NCBI GenBank assembly: GCA_010015805.1
Contig: ML978127.1
Coordinates: forward strand, 248,001-312,000
DNA length: 64,000 bases
Reading direction: 5' to 3'
From: Rhizodiscina lignyota
Taxonomy: Eukaryota
Position 1 is the first letter of the stretch. The number at the start of each line of letters is the position of its first letter. The notes under the pieces were generated by a model, which saw nothing but the letters and a program-made list of their open reading frames with translations, was not told where the DNA came from and ran no database searches. The position numbers and the translations under genes were made by a program. Of the stretch, positions 1 to 12,259 are shown in pieces.

Positions 1-1638
1 GCTGCTGGAGGAATGTTGAGTTGTCAATGCTGTAAGATACAGGTCAATCGTGAATTTCGGGTCTCGTGTCATTGATGCTCGGTTGCGGGACGACTGAAAG
101 TTGTCGGAAGAACTCGTTGTTTTCCAGACACTTTGATGGCGGATCTTGGAACGTTTGATATCTGCTGACAATCAGTTAATACGACCGGCTAGAATGTCTT
201 CCGCTGCGGTTAGAGCAGCCATCATCGAGCGGATGATAGCCGTGCAGGTACAGTCTACAGACCCCCGGAAATCCGATCGGCTTGAGTCTCCAGGCGCCGC
301 TTATTTGCTCCTTGGTGTGTGCTCCACACTTCCCAGCCTCCAGTAGCTGTCTCTTTCATTAAATTCATTGGCTCTGCGGGCTAAGACGAGTGTCGTCACG
401 TAAACATTGATAAGTAGGGGTGACACTAAGAAAGCGCTGAAACGAATGGTCAAATTGAGCTGCGAAGAAAACCATCTGGATTCCAGATGATTGGTAAAAC
501 ATGGGGACCTTTATAAACATTCAAAAGTGGAATACAAGTTGCTGAAGCCGTGACGCCATTTTGCGAATCTCTAGAGGCGTGCCACAGCCATGAGCCACAA
601 TCACATTGACAACATCTTCATGAATGGATGGTCTGTGCAAGTGGCTTTGCTAAATCCAACATCAAAGTGCTGGAGAGGCAAAATTAGTCGACAAAGGATA
701 CGGACAAACATGAGTTAGCCTTTCTCCTCTTCTGTTTAGAGAATTTAGGCTTCCTTAGATGCTCTTCTCGCTCGTAACGTATGGCGAGCAGAGGCTTGAG
801 GTTGACAAGACATGCACACTAAATGGAGACGCCGCTGCCGATCGCCTATGTTTGGTTTAGTCAACAAGTCTGGGGCTTTTTCGCCTAGTAAGAAAACGGA
901 AATACAGCGAAAGCGATATTGTCGGCGTTCGAATTGCGGGGCGTGTGAGCTCAGGGGTACATACATAGCAGTGTCGGTGTGAACGAACAATGTATAGCTG
1001 CGCCCCCGGCTGCACAGTGTGGAGCCACAGATGCCCATGCCTTGTTGCCTTTGAATTGGTTGGCATGGAAAAGGGTCACAAGAGAGATATGAAAGGCGTG
1101 ATTGTGTAGAAACGAGTTATGGGGCCGGGGATGGGCCTGGCTATGAAGTTGAGTCAGCATGGAGCACAACGTCACTCTTTCCCTTTCGAGGCGAAAGTGC
1201 GAGCTTCACGCAGCGTGGGTCCTGCTTGCGCCCTTGTTCAGCCTCAACTCGTGGGCGACTCTAATGTATGTACAGACGTTGATTTCTCCCTACAGCCCTA
1301 CAGTCTCGCGCGGTTCTTTTCATGGCATCTGTAGCCGTTTTGACAAGCATCGGGCGTATTTCCACGCTGTTTCCGGCAGACCAACCTCTGATCTCTGCTC
1401 CTTTCCCACTATTCTGTCGATAGTTTTGGATGGGCACCTTGTGCTGTTTGACGCCGAAGCCCCGCGCGTGGTTGTTCAGCCTTAATTCTTAAATTCAGGG
1501 TGGCGTCTATATGAGATTATCTAAGGGCTCGAGAAACAGCTTGGAGGAACGCTATTTGATTTGATTTTCGCCTTACGCGGGGTGCATCCTTAGTCGGACA
1601 ACATTATCAATTGTATCGGAGTTACACAGAGGAAGAGG

Positions 1639-3603
1639 ATGACACAGATAGGAAAGTGTGATACATGTCGAAAGCGGAAAGTCAAAGTACGGACCTCTCA
1701 GATCTCATCTCGCATTTTCCAGGTCTAACAGTCTCGACCATAGTGCGATGAGAAGAGGCCACAGTGCCGCGCCTGCATGAAGAGAGGTAGGGCTTGCACC
1801 TACAACTCGGCATACAGCAGATTGGCCCAGTTCATGAACGTTGGCAGCAATGCAGACCAAGATTCTGGGTATGATTCTCCTATTCCTAGTGTGGAGGAGG
1901 ATAATTCACCGGAGCCTGAGTATATCGCCGTCGAGGATGCCATAGTCCGTGACATCAGCTTCAAAGCCAAGTCTATCCTCAGTCTGAGGTCATATGCACG
2001 TGCCGAGTCAGGAGTGGGAATTTTTCAGACGTTTGCTCCAGTCGACATATCAACCTGCGATGAGGAGGCTTCGCGTGCGTCAAAGAGAAGTCGACTCGAC
2101 TCCCCACATTCTTGGTCACAAGATGTCGTTCGCCCACCAGTGCCACAAGCACCCCTCTGCAGTCCAACCACCAATCTCGCTGCACAGTGGATATTCATGA
2201 TTGGACCGGTGCCTCCTACCGAAGACCCTCTCTCAATCTTTGGTTCTTTCATGCGACTCGTTCCGACGCGGCTTGGCCGTACCCCAGCATTAGACGCTGC
2301 AGTTGCATGCTTCCTCAGCAGCTACTCCGCTTATCGCCAGCAAAGCTTGGAAAGGTTCGAGGCCGCAAGAAGTTCAAATGCGAAGGCAGTACGATATCTC
2401 CGAGTTGCTCTCCAAGACGGCAAGTCCAGACCGAACCCGCTCGACTTGCTCATTACGACCAAATTGTTGTCATCCCTTGAGGTATTTACACGCTTAAATG
2501 CCCTTTCCATTACGTCCAAGAATCTCACAGAACGCAGTTAATGCTCGGAATCGAATCATGGAGACATGTAGCACATTCCAAAGGCCTGACCTCTATGATG
2601 GTAACGCATGGATCGAACTGGGAGAATGATGCAATCGGTCGTTCGATTTTCCATTCGTCGTACTTTGATGAGGTTAGTAAACTCCTTGACCGGTCTACTG
2701 GCAAGTACAGCAACTAATCTTTCTCCACTGAAGATGGCAGAAGGGGTTCTCGATGGAGAACCTTCAGCTTTTGATAATACATCATGGTTCGACGTCGCTT
2801 CACCTTATATCCCAACAACCAACCACGTCATTCTTGAAGAGGCAATAAAGGCTTGCATACGCCAAGTTGTCCAGATCCCGAGACTGATATGTCTCGTCCG
2901 CCTTTTAAATGCGGATCCAAGTGGCGACGTCGTCCGCGAAGATTCTGTGGATCTCGCAGAATCAATGTACACATCGGATATCGAGCTCAAGATCGCGCGT
3001 CTCATGCAACAGAGCGTTGAAGAGGTTCCTACCACAGTTCCAGACCACAAAGAATCCGTACCATTATCGTTCGCATTCGAGTCTGTCCAAGTGTATGAGC
3101 TCCTCGTGCGCTACTGGACTGCTCGCATCCTCCTCTGCGGCCTCATTCAGACTCTTTGCACTGTCGTGACAGTCACACCGCCCTCATTCGACCTTTACGC
3201 CATTCAAGCCCACGAACTCGAAGCAGCGAACAATATAGCGAAATCCATGGACTATGCCACTACTACTTGCCCGTCCTTCCCACTCATCGCTCTTCGCATC
3301 CTCTTACCTCTGCAAATCGCATTCGGCGCTTGGCATCGGCTTGAGCTGCGCGCTCTCCGCAGGTCCTGCGAGTTCGCTGACATTACCGGAAGCATCAAAT
3401 CCGAAGTTGACGAGGCTCGTAGAAGGAAGAGATGGTGCATTGAGATGATCAATAATATTCAAGAGAAATGGAACTGCCCGCTAACACGATACGATGAGTT
3501 GGAAGCGAAGACGGGAATGTTTTCCGGCGGAGCACTAATGCCTTGGATGAAGCGGAAGATCAAATTAGACGGAGAAGAGAAGTGGGAAAGACTCGGAGCG
3601 TAG
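1639..3603 (+). CDS. Zn(II)2Cys6 fungal transcription factor (spliced)
   Basis: ATG at 1639 gives MTQIGKCDTCRKRKVK, then intron 1687-1743 (gtacgg..ctaac..tag), then CDEKRPQCRACMKRGRACTY, a complete binuclear-cluster motif. Further introns at about 2482-2538 and 2673-2733 join ORFs 1777-2541 and 2608-3603. Confidence 0.88.
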
Positions 3604-3651
3604 GAACGAGATAACGAGTGACAATGTTTCTTTACATGCAAGGATGTCATG

Positions 3652-5078
3652 TTATGTTAGACTGACACAGAATTCATGTGTCGCCTCGTCCTTCGAGGGA
3701 TCTTCCAGTTCAAATGAGCTCTTTACCTGCTGTCTGTCCGAGTTTGGGCTTGAAGTCGCTCGCCAACTTCGGAAGCCACTCGATTTCATCATCGTTTCCG
3801 GATCCATACCATTGGAACGAACAGGAGCCCCACGGCGACTATCCACATGGTAGCGGGATTCTTGCTGCTTCAACAAACCAACATCGGTCTTTCTCCGCTT
3901 TCTTTGTCTTTGCTGGGATCCTTCTCCCGAACGAGTGCCTTGGGCTGCACCCGAAGTGCCAGCTGGATCCTCCTCGTTTTCTTTTCCCTTTGAATATTCA
4001 GATTCCTGGGCCTCAGTTTGTCTTTTGTCCAGGTCTTCATATTCCTTTGCATGCTCTTCCAGCACAATCCTTTGCAAAGTCCAGTAATCCGGAGCGGGAA
4101 TACCGGCCTCTTCGAGTTCTCGCTTGCGCTTCCCGACCTTCTGCCTTATCGTCCTCTGATGCAACATTCCATGAAAAGGATTATCGGGACGAGCAGCTCT
4201 TTGTCTTTTCCTCTCTTTGATGGTTGACCAGCGATATGGATTTTCGGGTCTCGGCATCTCGGAGGGCGTGAGTTCCACTTCGAAGCCCTTTCCTCCAAGT
4301 TTTTGTGATATGAGCGGTGCCAAGCGCATTGACTGCCTCTTGCTCCGTGTCAGACGTGCCTCTTCATTGGATGCTTGAGCCACCAAGCCATCGAACTGAG
4401 GCTGACATTCTCGCAGCACTCTTTCACGCAACTCTTTCTTCTCATTCTCTTCCTCTCGAAGACGACGGCGATATCGGCTCATCTCGGTGTCGAAATGCGG
4501 AGGCACTCTTTGTGTGGGCTCTGAAGGCTGACCATTTTCGTCTTCTCTCTCTGCATCCGCAATATTAATTGCTGAAAGCTCTTCATCGCTGCCCTGCTCA
4601 TGTGAGCTGCCGACGCCATCTTCATCGACATGCGAACGACGGCATTCGTAGTTCTCTTCCGCAAAATGAACGCGTCTTTCGTGTATGATAGATATTTTTC
4701 GAGCCTCCGATGTTCTATTCTGGTTCCACTGCCTTGGTGTTCCGTACGTTCCATGTCCATACGCCTCTTGGAGTTTTAGAAGCCTCTCGACTTCCGAAAT
4801 GCACTTTCTCTTCCTACTGGTGGACATTTTGGGTTGTATCTGATCCACGGCCTGATCCATAACGGGAGCAGATTGTCTGGGGATTTGTCGAGGTGGGGAG
4901 GCGGTTGAGGATTGGTCGAATAAATGCCCGTCCCTCATAGGCACAACTGCTCAAAGACGATCAGCGATGAGTGTAGTTGATACGATACCGACTTACCAGA
5001 CCGTGACCTCGTTTCGACACTTGAAGGTTTCTGCGCAGTTGGCTCTTCTACTTCTGTCGTCGACGCACTCTGACCCAT
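3652..5078 (-). CDS. Hypothetical charged, low-complexity protein with an N-terminal MGQSAS motif
   Basis: 430-aa ORF 3652-4944 is extended by an upstream exon (ATG 5078, MGQSASTTEVEE...) through intron 4996-4947 (gtaagt..cag), in frame. Contains basic NLS-like stretches (RKRK, RKRRK). Confidence 0.65.
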
Positions 5079-5716
5079 ATTGAAGGCTTTGTGTCGTCAA
5101 GCTGAAGATGTGACGTCTGCGAACGGAGCTCGATTTATGCCTAGTCCGTGCACAGTAAATCCGGGGTAGGAGCTAGACAAATCCCTGGTAAGAATTCAGG
5201 GTCTGAGACTTCCCTTTTATTCCTTTGACGTCGAAGTACGAAGCCGGTGGAATGCAGGGCCTGCTCGACTGAAAAGCACCTTCTTTTGTCAGTGAGACAA
5301 AGAGGTGTGATCAATTGAGATAAGCCGCAACCAATAATCAATACACGTGCAGACGAAGATTGGAGAAATTAAGGAGACTCTACGGAGTACAAGCCATCAG
5401 ACCGCATCCAACAAGACCTGCACTATCTCACTGAGTGCCTACTCAATCATAATAGCTACAAACTTTGGACATGCGTCGCTTTCAATGGTGTAGGTCCGCT
5501 AAAGCAATGTTCTCAAAATACACAAGTCCGCGCGCGAAAATTGAGCACATTCCGGCTATCGTTGAACGGTCCTGCAGTAAACCGCGCGATCTGCGCACAA
5601 CTCTCAGCAAGAGTTGTAACCAAATGTATTGCGCATCATACAGGCAGCATGGTGAATATTGATCCGATTTGCTATAACCAATCTGGGTGCTGGGTATTTC
5701 CGCCACTCGCACTACC

Positions 5717-6382
5717 TTACATTACCGCGAACGCTTCCTTATGCCTGCTCTGTTGCCATTGCTCATACCACTCCTCGAGGCCCTGCATCTTCGAGTTGTG
5801 CTCCTTGATGCGCTCAACGATCTCGGCCACCGGTGCAATGACTTCAGGGCTATACATGGTCCTGGCTACATTGAGTATGATGTCCATATTTTCTGACAGG
5901 ACATTTATGTAGGCCCCGAGCTCGAACAACCCAGCGTCCATAATCGCGCATTCGACCTGCTCTGCCTTGTTGACCCAGTGTGGGGTGTAAGGATCCCAGG
6001 CTTGATGGGGGGCTCGGGAGTAGCTGTCGCATGCGCCCCAATCCACGTTGAAGGCGTGGAGGTCTGCGGGGAGTTGGTGCATGATCATCTTGTATTGTTC
6101 CTGATCGTCGGGATGCACATATAGTATCTTGCCCGACATGTCTGAGGGGGTGCCGGACACTGCTCGGAAGAGCGGGTTTCCGTAGCTGTTGATGGTGAGA
6201 TCAATCGTGAAATCAACTTTCCCATCTCCATCATCCGCCGTCATTCTAATGGAGCGGTGCTCGTCATCGGCGATAGAGGAATAGAGCTCTTCCATGGGTT
6301 TAACGATGGCCTCCAGCTGTTTGGCTTGCGCCGGTGACACCTCCGATTCCTGAATTTCATTTCTAATGATCAGTGGGGCCAT
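5717..6382 (-). CDS. Hypothetical protein, 221 aa, intronless
   Basis: Clean ATG-to-stop ORF with coding-like composition, good start context (cacaATG) and an upstream TTTAAA box near 6552. No family recognised. Confidence 0.65.
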   Translation of the reverse strand: MAPLIIRNEIQESEVSPAQAKQLEAIVKPMEELYSSIADDEHRSIRMTADDGDGKVDFTIDLTINSYGNPLFRAVSGTPSDMSGKILYVHPDDQEQYKMIMHQLPADLHAFNVDWGACDSYSRAPHQAWDPYTPHWVNKAEQVECAIMDAGLFELGAYINVLSENMDIILNVARTMYSPEVIAPVAEIVERIKEHNSKMQGLEEWYEQWQQSRHKEAFAVM

Positions 6383-6783
6383 TGTGACCGTTGTGGTGAC
6401 TCGTTGATGGAATAGAGAGTGGGAAGATTGCGAAACTTGGAATTGCGATGGTGTGTGAATTGCTTGCTGTAAGAGGTGGATGGATGACTTGAGTAGTGGA
6501 TGGCTTGAGATGAGTGCTGGATGAGAGAAGGAAAGTGCGGCCAGGGAGGCATTTAAAGCCTCTCTGCAATGCGCCTCATCACAGTAAAGAGGAGGTCACA
6601 TTTCATCGAATGGCAGACGAGGAAAGTATGAAGCAGATACAGATTGGACAGCGCCGTTACCCCTCTCGAGCTTAATCACGCGGCTCATGTCTAAGCTTCA
6701 TGTAAATTGTGGTACAGTGATGATAATACCCATTCATTGAATTCACAAGCCGAGCAATTCAACGGCCAGGAGTCGGCATCAAC

Positions 6784-7550
6784 CTAATACCCAATAGGCT
6801 TGACGAGCTCGAACATTCGGAACGCATTCATGTTCGATTCTGCAATTTGCTTCTTCGTCCAAGGGGTTCCGTTTGTCTTGACGACCTCTGGCGCATTGTT
6901 AATAAACGGGTCAAGAGAATCGTATTCGTGAACCGCAAGGTATTTTGGTGCCTCAGTCACATCACCAATTCCTGGAACTTTTGGCCCAATGACATATCGC
7001 TGCGACCTGCGGTGGCCAGGGACCTTGTGCAGCATCTCCAAATGCTCTTCCAGATACCATTTCTCGAAATCAGCCTCGTCCTTCGGATTCATTTCTGCCG
7101 TCAAGACGAATTTTGTTGGCTCTGTAGAATCGGGTTAGCGATAATAGAACTCTTTGCCAACCCAGTCAAGAACTCCCACTTACTTTCTCCAATATTTTCA
7201 GGGTCGTAATCCTGAATCAACTTGTAATTCCGGCCATTGAATTCTCCGTTTGCATGAATCGTTTTATCTTTTGGAAACATCTCACTTGTCTTCCTGATAT
7301 CTATGAACTTCTGCGTCTTCAACGGTTCTTCGATTTCGGTCTGATACAACGCTAGGTATTTCCGTGGATGCGGAGTTCCACCGAGTGCGAAACCCTCCGG
7401 CACAAGCTCTCGATAGAAGCTCCCACGAGTCGCTACATGGTGGTTGACGAGGTCGGGTACGTGCTCTTCGATGTACCATTTCACCCAAAGATCGTCGTCC
7501 ACTTGGGTAGGGCGCGAGTTCACCCACAGCAGGTATGGAGACGGGGCCAT
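6784..7550 (-). CDS. EthD-like tandem dimeric alpha-beta-barrel protein
   Basis: Two homologous halves: WVKWYIEEHVPDLV...KYLALY and FEKWYLEEHLEML...KYLAVHEY. Joined in frame by intron 7183-7122 (gtaagt..ctaac..cag). Confidence 0.75.
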
Positions 7551-8107
7551 AACGAAAAGGATGAAATCAGCACGTTACAAGAGCTTTGTTATTTTCGACG
7601 TTCCAAAATTGCCCAAGAAAGAGAATGCGGATGAATTAAGGTCGAGAAGAAAGATCAATTAATGGCACTTCCGCAAACCCCGCGCAAAAGTCGTTGAACT
7701 AAGAGGAGCTACTCGGTAATGCCAGCTTTGTGATAAGTTACTGACGGAACACTTTTGCGGTCCAGTGGCTCCATTCGGCCCGCTCCTCGCATATCCATTT
7801 CCTAGGGTAAACGTTGATATGATGGCTATCCATTTACTGTATACTACCCTGGCGTATCCCGAAAACAGTTCATGGCCGATGATGTCGGGTGCAGTCTCAG
7901 CAGGCGACGACGATGACGGTACTCTAGATAAGTGGTGCGGGGCTTGCGATTGCATAGCCACTTCACAGCGGGACATGATGCTTCAAAATCGAACGGCGGG
8001 CCGCGAGGTATCTGACAAGATATGTTGCCTATGATACGTATATAGGATTATTCAGTCGGTCAATATTCTTTACTGTTCGACATCGGACGTCGTCACCATC
8101 CGCACCA

Positions 8108-8989
8108 ATGTTCCGCCCTAAGCCAAGATCGGACTCCGTTACATCTCCGTCCACAGCGACAATTGAGCCTCCAGCGTTCACACTCCAACCATTCCCGAAG
8201 CCTTCATCACCAGGCTCGATTCCCAGCGCGGAGGCCTCCCGGAGTCGTCTTCCCCTGCCAGAGGAGCGCCCACCGGCTTACGAGGTAGAAAGGCTCCCCG
8301 ATTACACACCACTAGACGAGAATATCCTCTCATACAACCTATCCGCTCCCCTCATCTCAGCTGGTACAAGCATACGCTACCAACTCAAGCTCAACCGCGG
8401 CACACGTACCGACAGACCGACACAAATATGCATTCGGCGACTCATGCCGTCGGAGAGTCGACGCCTCTCGCGGACGAGCTCGATTGGCAGTACCAAAAGT
8501 ATTGCATCAAGCGTCGGCGAGTATGACGACAGTGCTACAATGTACACGATTACAAAATTAGCTATATTTTGGGGCGGAGAAGCGCCGTTCGAGATTAAGG
8601 GCCATAGAGCATCCACACTGCCTGGCAATATTCGCCTTGAGCGCTCCGAGAGGCTCGGCTCCCGAAGATGGTACTTCCATCATCACAAGCGCAATCCGGC
8701 AAATGATATGCTCAAGCCAGAGAACGCGAAGAGAATGCAGAAGTACGGATACCATCCGGACGATGAGTGGTGCAAGACCTTACTGTTTACCGCCTCTGGA
8801 AACAAGGATAAGGCCAGGCTGCAGGTCGATTGGAAAAATGGTCAAGATCAGCCCATCGCTGTCGAAACGGATCAAACCTTAACACTCTATGATCTCTTGG
8901 AACCGAAACTGAGAGACTTGCTGGTAACATGCTGGATGGCTCGCGCCTGGCATGCTGCAACGCTCAGATGGGAGGAGGAGTCGCTTTGA
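8108..8989 (+). CDS. Hypothetical protein, 293 aa, with PY motifs
   Basis: Intronless ORF. Pro/Ser-rich N-terminus with PPAY and LPDY; C-terminal RDLLVTCWMARAW motif of a type seen in uncharacterised fungal proteins. Confidence 0.75.
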   Translation: MFRPKPRSDSVTSPSTATIEPPAFTLQPFPKPSSPGSIPSAEASRSRLPLPEERPPAYEVERLPDYTPLDENILSYNLSAPLISAGTSIRYQLKLNRGTRTDRPTQICIRRLMPSESRRLSRTSSIGSTKSIASSVGEYDDSATMYTITKLAIFWGGEAPFEIKGHRASTLPGNIRLERSERLGSRRWYFHHHKRNPANDMLKPENAKRMQKYGYHPDDEWCKTLLFTASGNKDKARLQVDWKNGQDQPIAVETDQTLTLYDLLEPKLRDLLVTCWMARAWHAATLRWEEESL

Positions 8990-10332
8990 GCCCGCGTCTA
9001 TTCCTCCAACTGGAGTCGTGGCGCCCTGTCGCTCAACAAGTGCATTCTCGGCATCGGACCAAATTGTATATGAATGTCTTCCTAAATTTGGATGTGCATG
9101 CATTCTGCATCTACGATGTGCGTCCCATCTTCTAAGGCTTTCGGGTTAATTAGCAAGGTTATGTGACCCGGTTTCCTAATCTCCAGTCTAAAAAACTACT
9201 CCGTACTGTACTCCGTTATAGGAGTCCCACCAGCCCGCCCCCACAGCCTCCCGCTCGGGTCGTACCGTTACCACTTTGACTGCACCCGCCGCACTACATA
9301 CCTACAACAACATCTGATACTTACAAGGAATAGGACTGCCGTTGCTGCTTACGAACTTCACTCCTAGCATTACGTTTAAGGTGCTGACATTTTTTCCTAG
9401 CGAATCGCTTTGCTTTCCGGTTTTCAGTGCTCGAGCGAATTGTAGCCGGTCCTGACCTCATCACAGCACACAATTGAATTTGCCAATTGCGATGCGCACA
9501 ATTGTCGGCGCAAAAGAGCGTAGTCTGTAAAACAACATCCTAGGTGGATTCATTGCAATTCTCTCAATCAGTTTTCTTAGAACATTTCTGTCGCTTATCT
9601 GCATTCTATGTAACGTTGCCAAGGTTTCCCCACGAGAAATTCCTAATCAACACAGCCACTGATGCTTGGGAGCAAAGGACCAGCCCGAGCACATGTATCA
9701 GTTAATGTTTATCCACTTTGCAACCCCTGGGAAATTGAGCCCTCGTGTTTGCCGATCCGCGCGTATTATTTTAACTTCTTCTACTTTGCATTCGGCAATG
9801 TCTTAACGAGGCACGTATGCCAATGGTGGCTTTGCCGGTAATGATATGATAGTGCGTCTGTTTTGGATTCAGATTTCTTGGGCTTCGTTAACACATCGCC
9901 AACGTCTCCGCATTTCTTCAGCGATGGCTATGCTGACGCCGCATCACTTCCTGTTTCGAATCGTCTCAGGGGCCCAAGCCTCGCGCCAGTACTCACCAAC
10001 CGGACGCCAGCTGCACCAACAGCCCTTTGCTATCATCATCTGTGCATACCACCCATACCGTGGTAGAAGTAATTAGAGTTTAGTGATGACTTGAGACGCA
10101 CCGACCCGCTTGCAGAGGACTGGCTGTGCCCGAGTAATTTGTCACCTTGTGTAGCTTCAGTTCATCCAGGCCTCAAATTTCAATGGCAGTAAGATATACT
10201 TAAGACGCCTGTCTACAGTTCTGACTCCCGGCTCCCAACATCACTATACTCCACGGTTAATAACAGCCTTTCCTTGAAATTCTACTCCTGCGACTACAAT
10301 TATATCTACTTATCCTTCCTTATTAATACAAG

Positions 10333-12014
10333 ATGTCCGAAGAACAGCCTCAAATGGTTGAAGCGGAAAGATCGCACTCCAGCACTATGATGAACTCTCC
10401 AGTCACGATGGACTCGCCAATGACAATGACGGGTGCCATGCTCTCACACCCAATGGACGCCACTGACTATGACAATCCGATGAATTGGCCACTGCATCGA
10501 CGAATCTATACCACGGCTTGTTCATGGTTCTATGCCTTCACAGTGTGAGCTTTAATGACGAGGATCCTGCATAGACTAGAGCTAACGATTGTGATAGTGC
10601 GTTTGGTTTAACAGCCTACACCGCGGGCATCGGCGACATTGTCATCCAGTTCAACGTATCTAGGACTGTCGCGGTTCTCCCCTTCGCTATTTTTCTCTGG
10701 GGCGTGTCGTTTGCACCCATCTACAGCCCACATCTTGCGGAGAGATTTGGCCGTTCCATCATTTACTTCATCTGCGTGTTCCTGTTCAGCATATTCACGC
10801 TGGGCGTTGGTTACTCTCAGAACTTTGCGAGCATCGTGGTCTTGCGCTTTTTCGCCGGCTTCTTTGGCGGACCATGCCTTGTCCTGATCGAGGGTACCTT
10901 TGCCGACATCTGGGATGCCAACCAAACGAACACCTACTACGCTTTTCTCGGCACTGCTTCGTACATCGGTGCAGCGTGCGGTCCACTTGTTCTAGGCTTC
11001 GTTGTGCAAGCGACGGGCTGGCGTTGGACCCAGTGGGTCACTCTTATGGTCGCGCTCGCGTCTCTTCTCTTCGGCACCAATATGTCTGAGTCCTACCAGC
11101 GTGAGATCCCGCGCCGTCGCAACAGGACCCGAGGCCTTCCTCCTCCAGAGCAGCCTGCTGCTCTCAGCGGTGTCACGCTCGCGGAGATGGCCAGGACTAC
11201 CATTATCAACCCTGCGATCCAACTGTTCACCGAGCCGGTCGTCATCATGTTCACGATCTACGTCGTTTTCTTATTTGGAACTGTATTTCAGTTCTTCATC
11301 ACGGTTCCCATCGTTCTATCCACCGTGTACAACTTCACGCTCGGATCTGTTGGTCTAGCTTTCATCTCCGCGATCATTGGATCTCTCCTTGCGGCAGGCT
11401 GCTCGATTGCGGTTGAGCAGATCTTTTACCGCCGCAGTCTGAAGACGAATGCGAACGGAATGACTCCTATCGAGCTACGCCTCATCCCAGCAATGTATGG
11501 TGGCTTCCTCATGCTTGCTTCTTTCTTCTGGATCGGCTGGACAGCGAAGCCATCAGTCAATTGGGCAGTTCCTGTTGTCGGCACAGGTGTCTTCGTTTGG
11601 GGCAACCTGTCAGTTCTGGTACGTTTGGCTCCAAATCGCTTTCAGCGCAAAGATAAACGGCTAATTCAATATGATTTGTAGATCTCCCTCGTCCCCTACA
11701 TCTTCGACGCATACCCGCCCGCCGGTACTCTCGCCGCACTGACCATTGGCGCGTCTGCCCGCATTCTTATCGGAGGTCTCATCCCCATGCTCATCATCTT
11801 CGACTTCACAAACATTGGCGGTGATTGGGCCCTCTCCATCTTCGGCTTCATTACAATCGTCCTCATTCCTATTCCATTTATACTATTCAAGTTCGGCCCA
11901 GGCCTCCGCGCTCGCAGCAGATTTTCTGCAAAAAGTCCAGCGGAAGAGCAGATGATTATGATGATGATGGAGGCCCAAAGGAAGGAGATGGCTCAGGAGA
12001 GCATGCAAGCTTAA
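10333..12014 (+). CDS. MFS transporter, DHA1-like drug:H+ antiporter
   Basis: Motifs DNPMNWP, HLAERFGR, LRFFAGFFG, ACGPLVLGF and ELRLIP; many TM segments. Introns 10545-10597 and 11619-11681. Confidence 0.92.
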
Positions 12015-12259
12015 GAAACTGCATCCTCACATGCGATACCCACTGAAGGATCCTGAGCGGCTCGGAGCACGCCCAAGGAGTGGAACTAATAGACGGTTGC
12101 CTCAAGCGGGGGGTTGGGGCGTAGAACGCTTTACGGATCGATTGATTCCGTTATTAAATTCTTTTGAAATGTTCTTTTGTAGCGATTCCTTGCTTTAGCG
12201 AACTTGTGCTATTTACATCTATATCCACCTAAAATAGAGCTTCATGAACCACAACTGAA

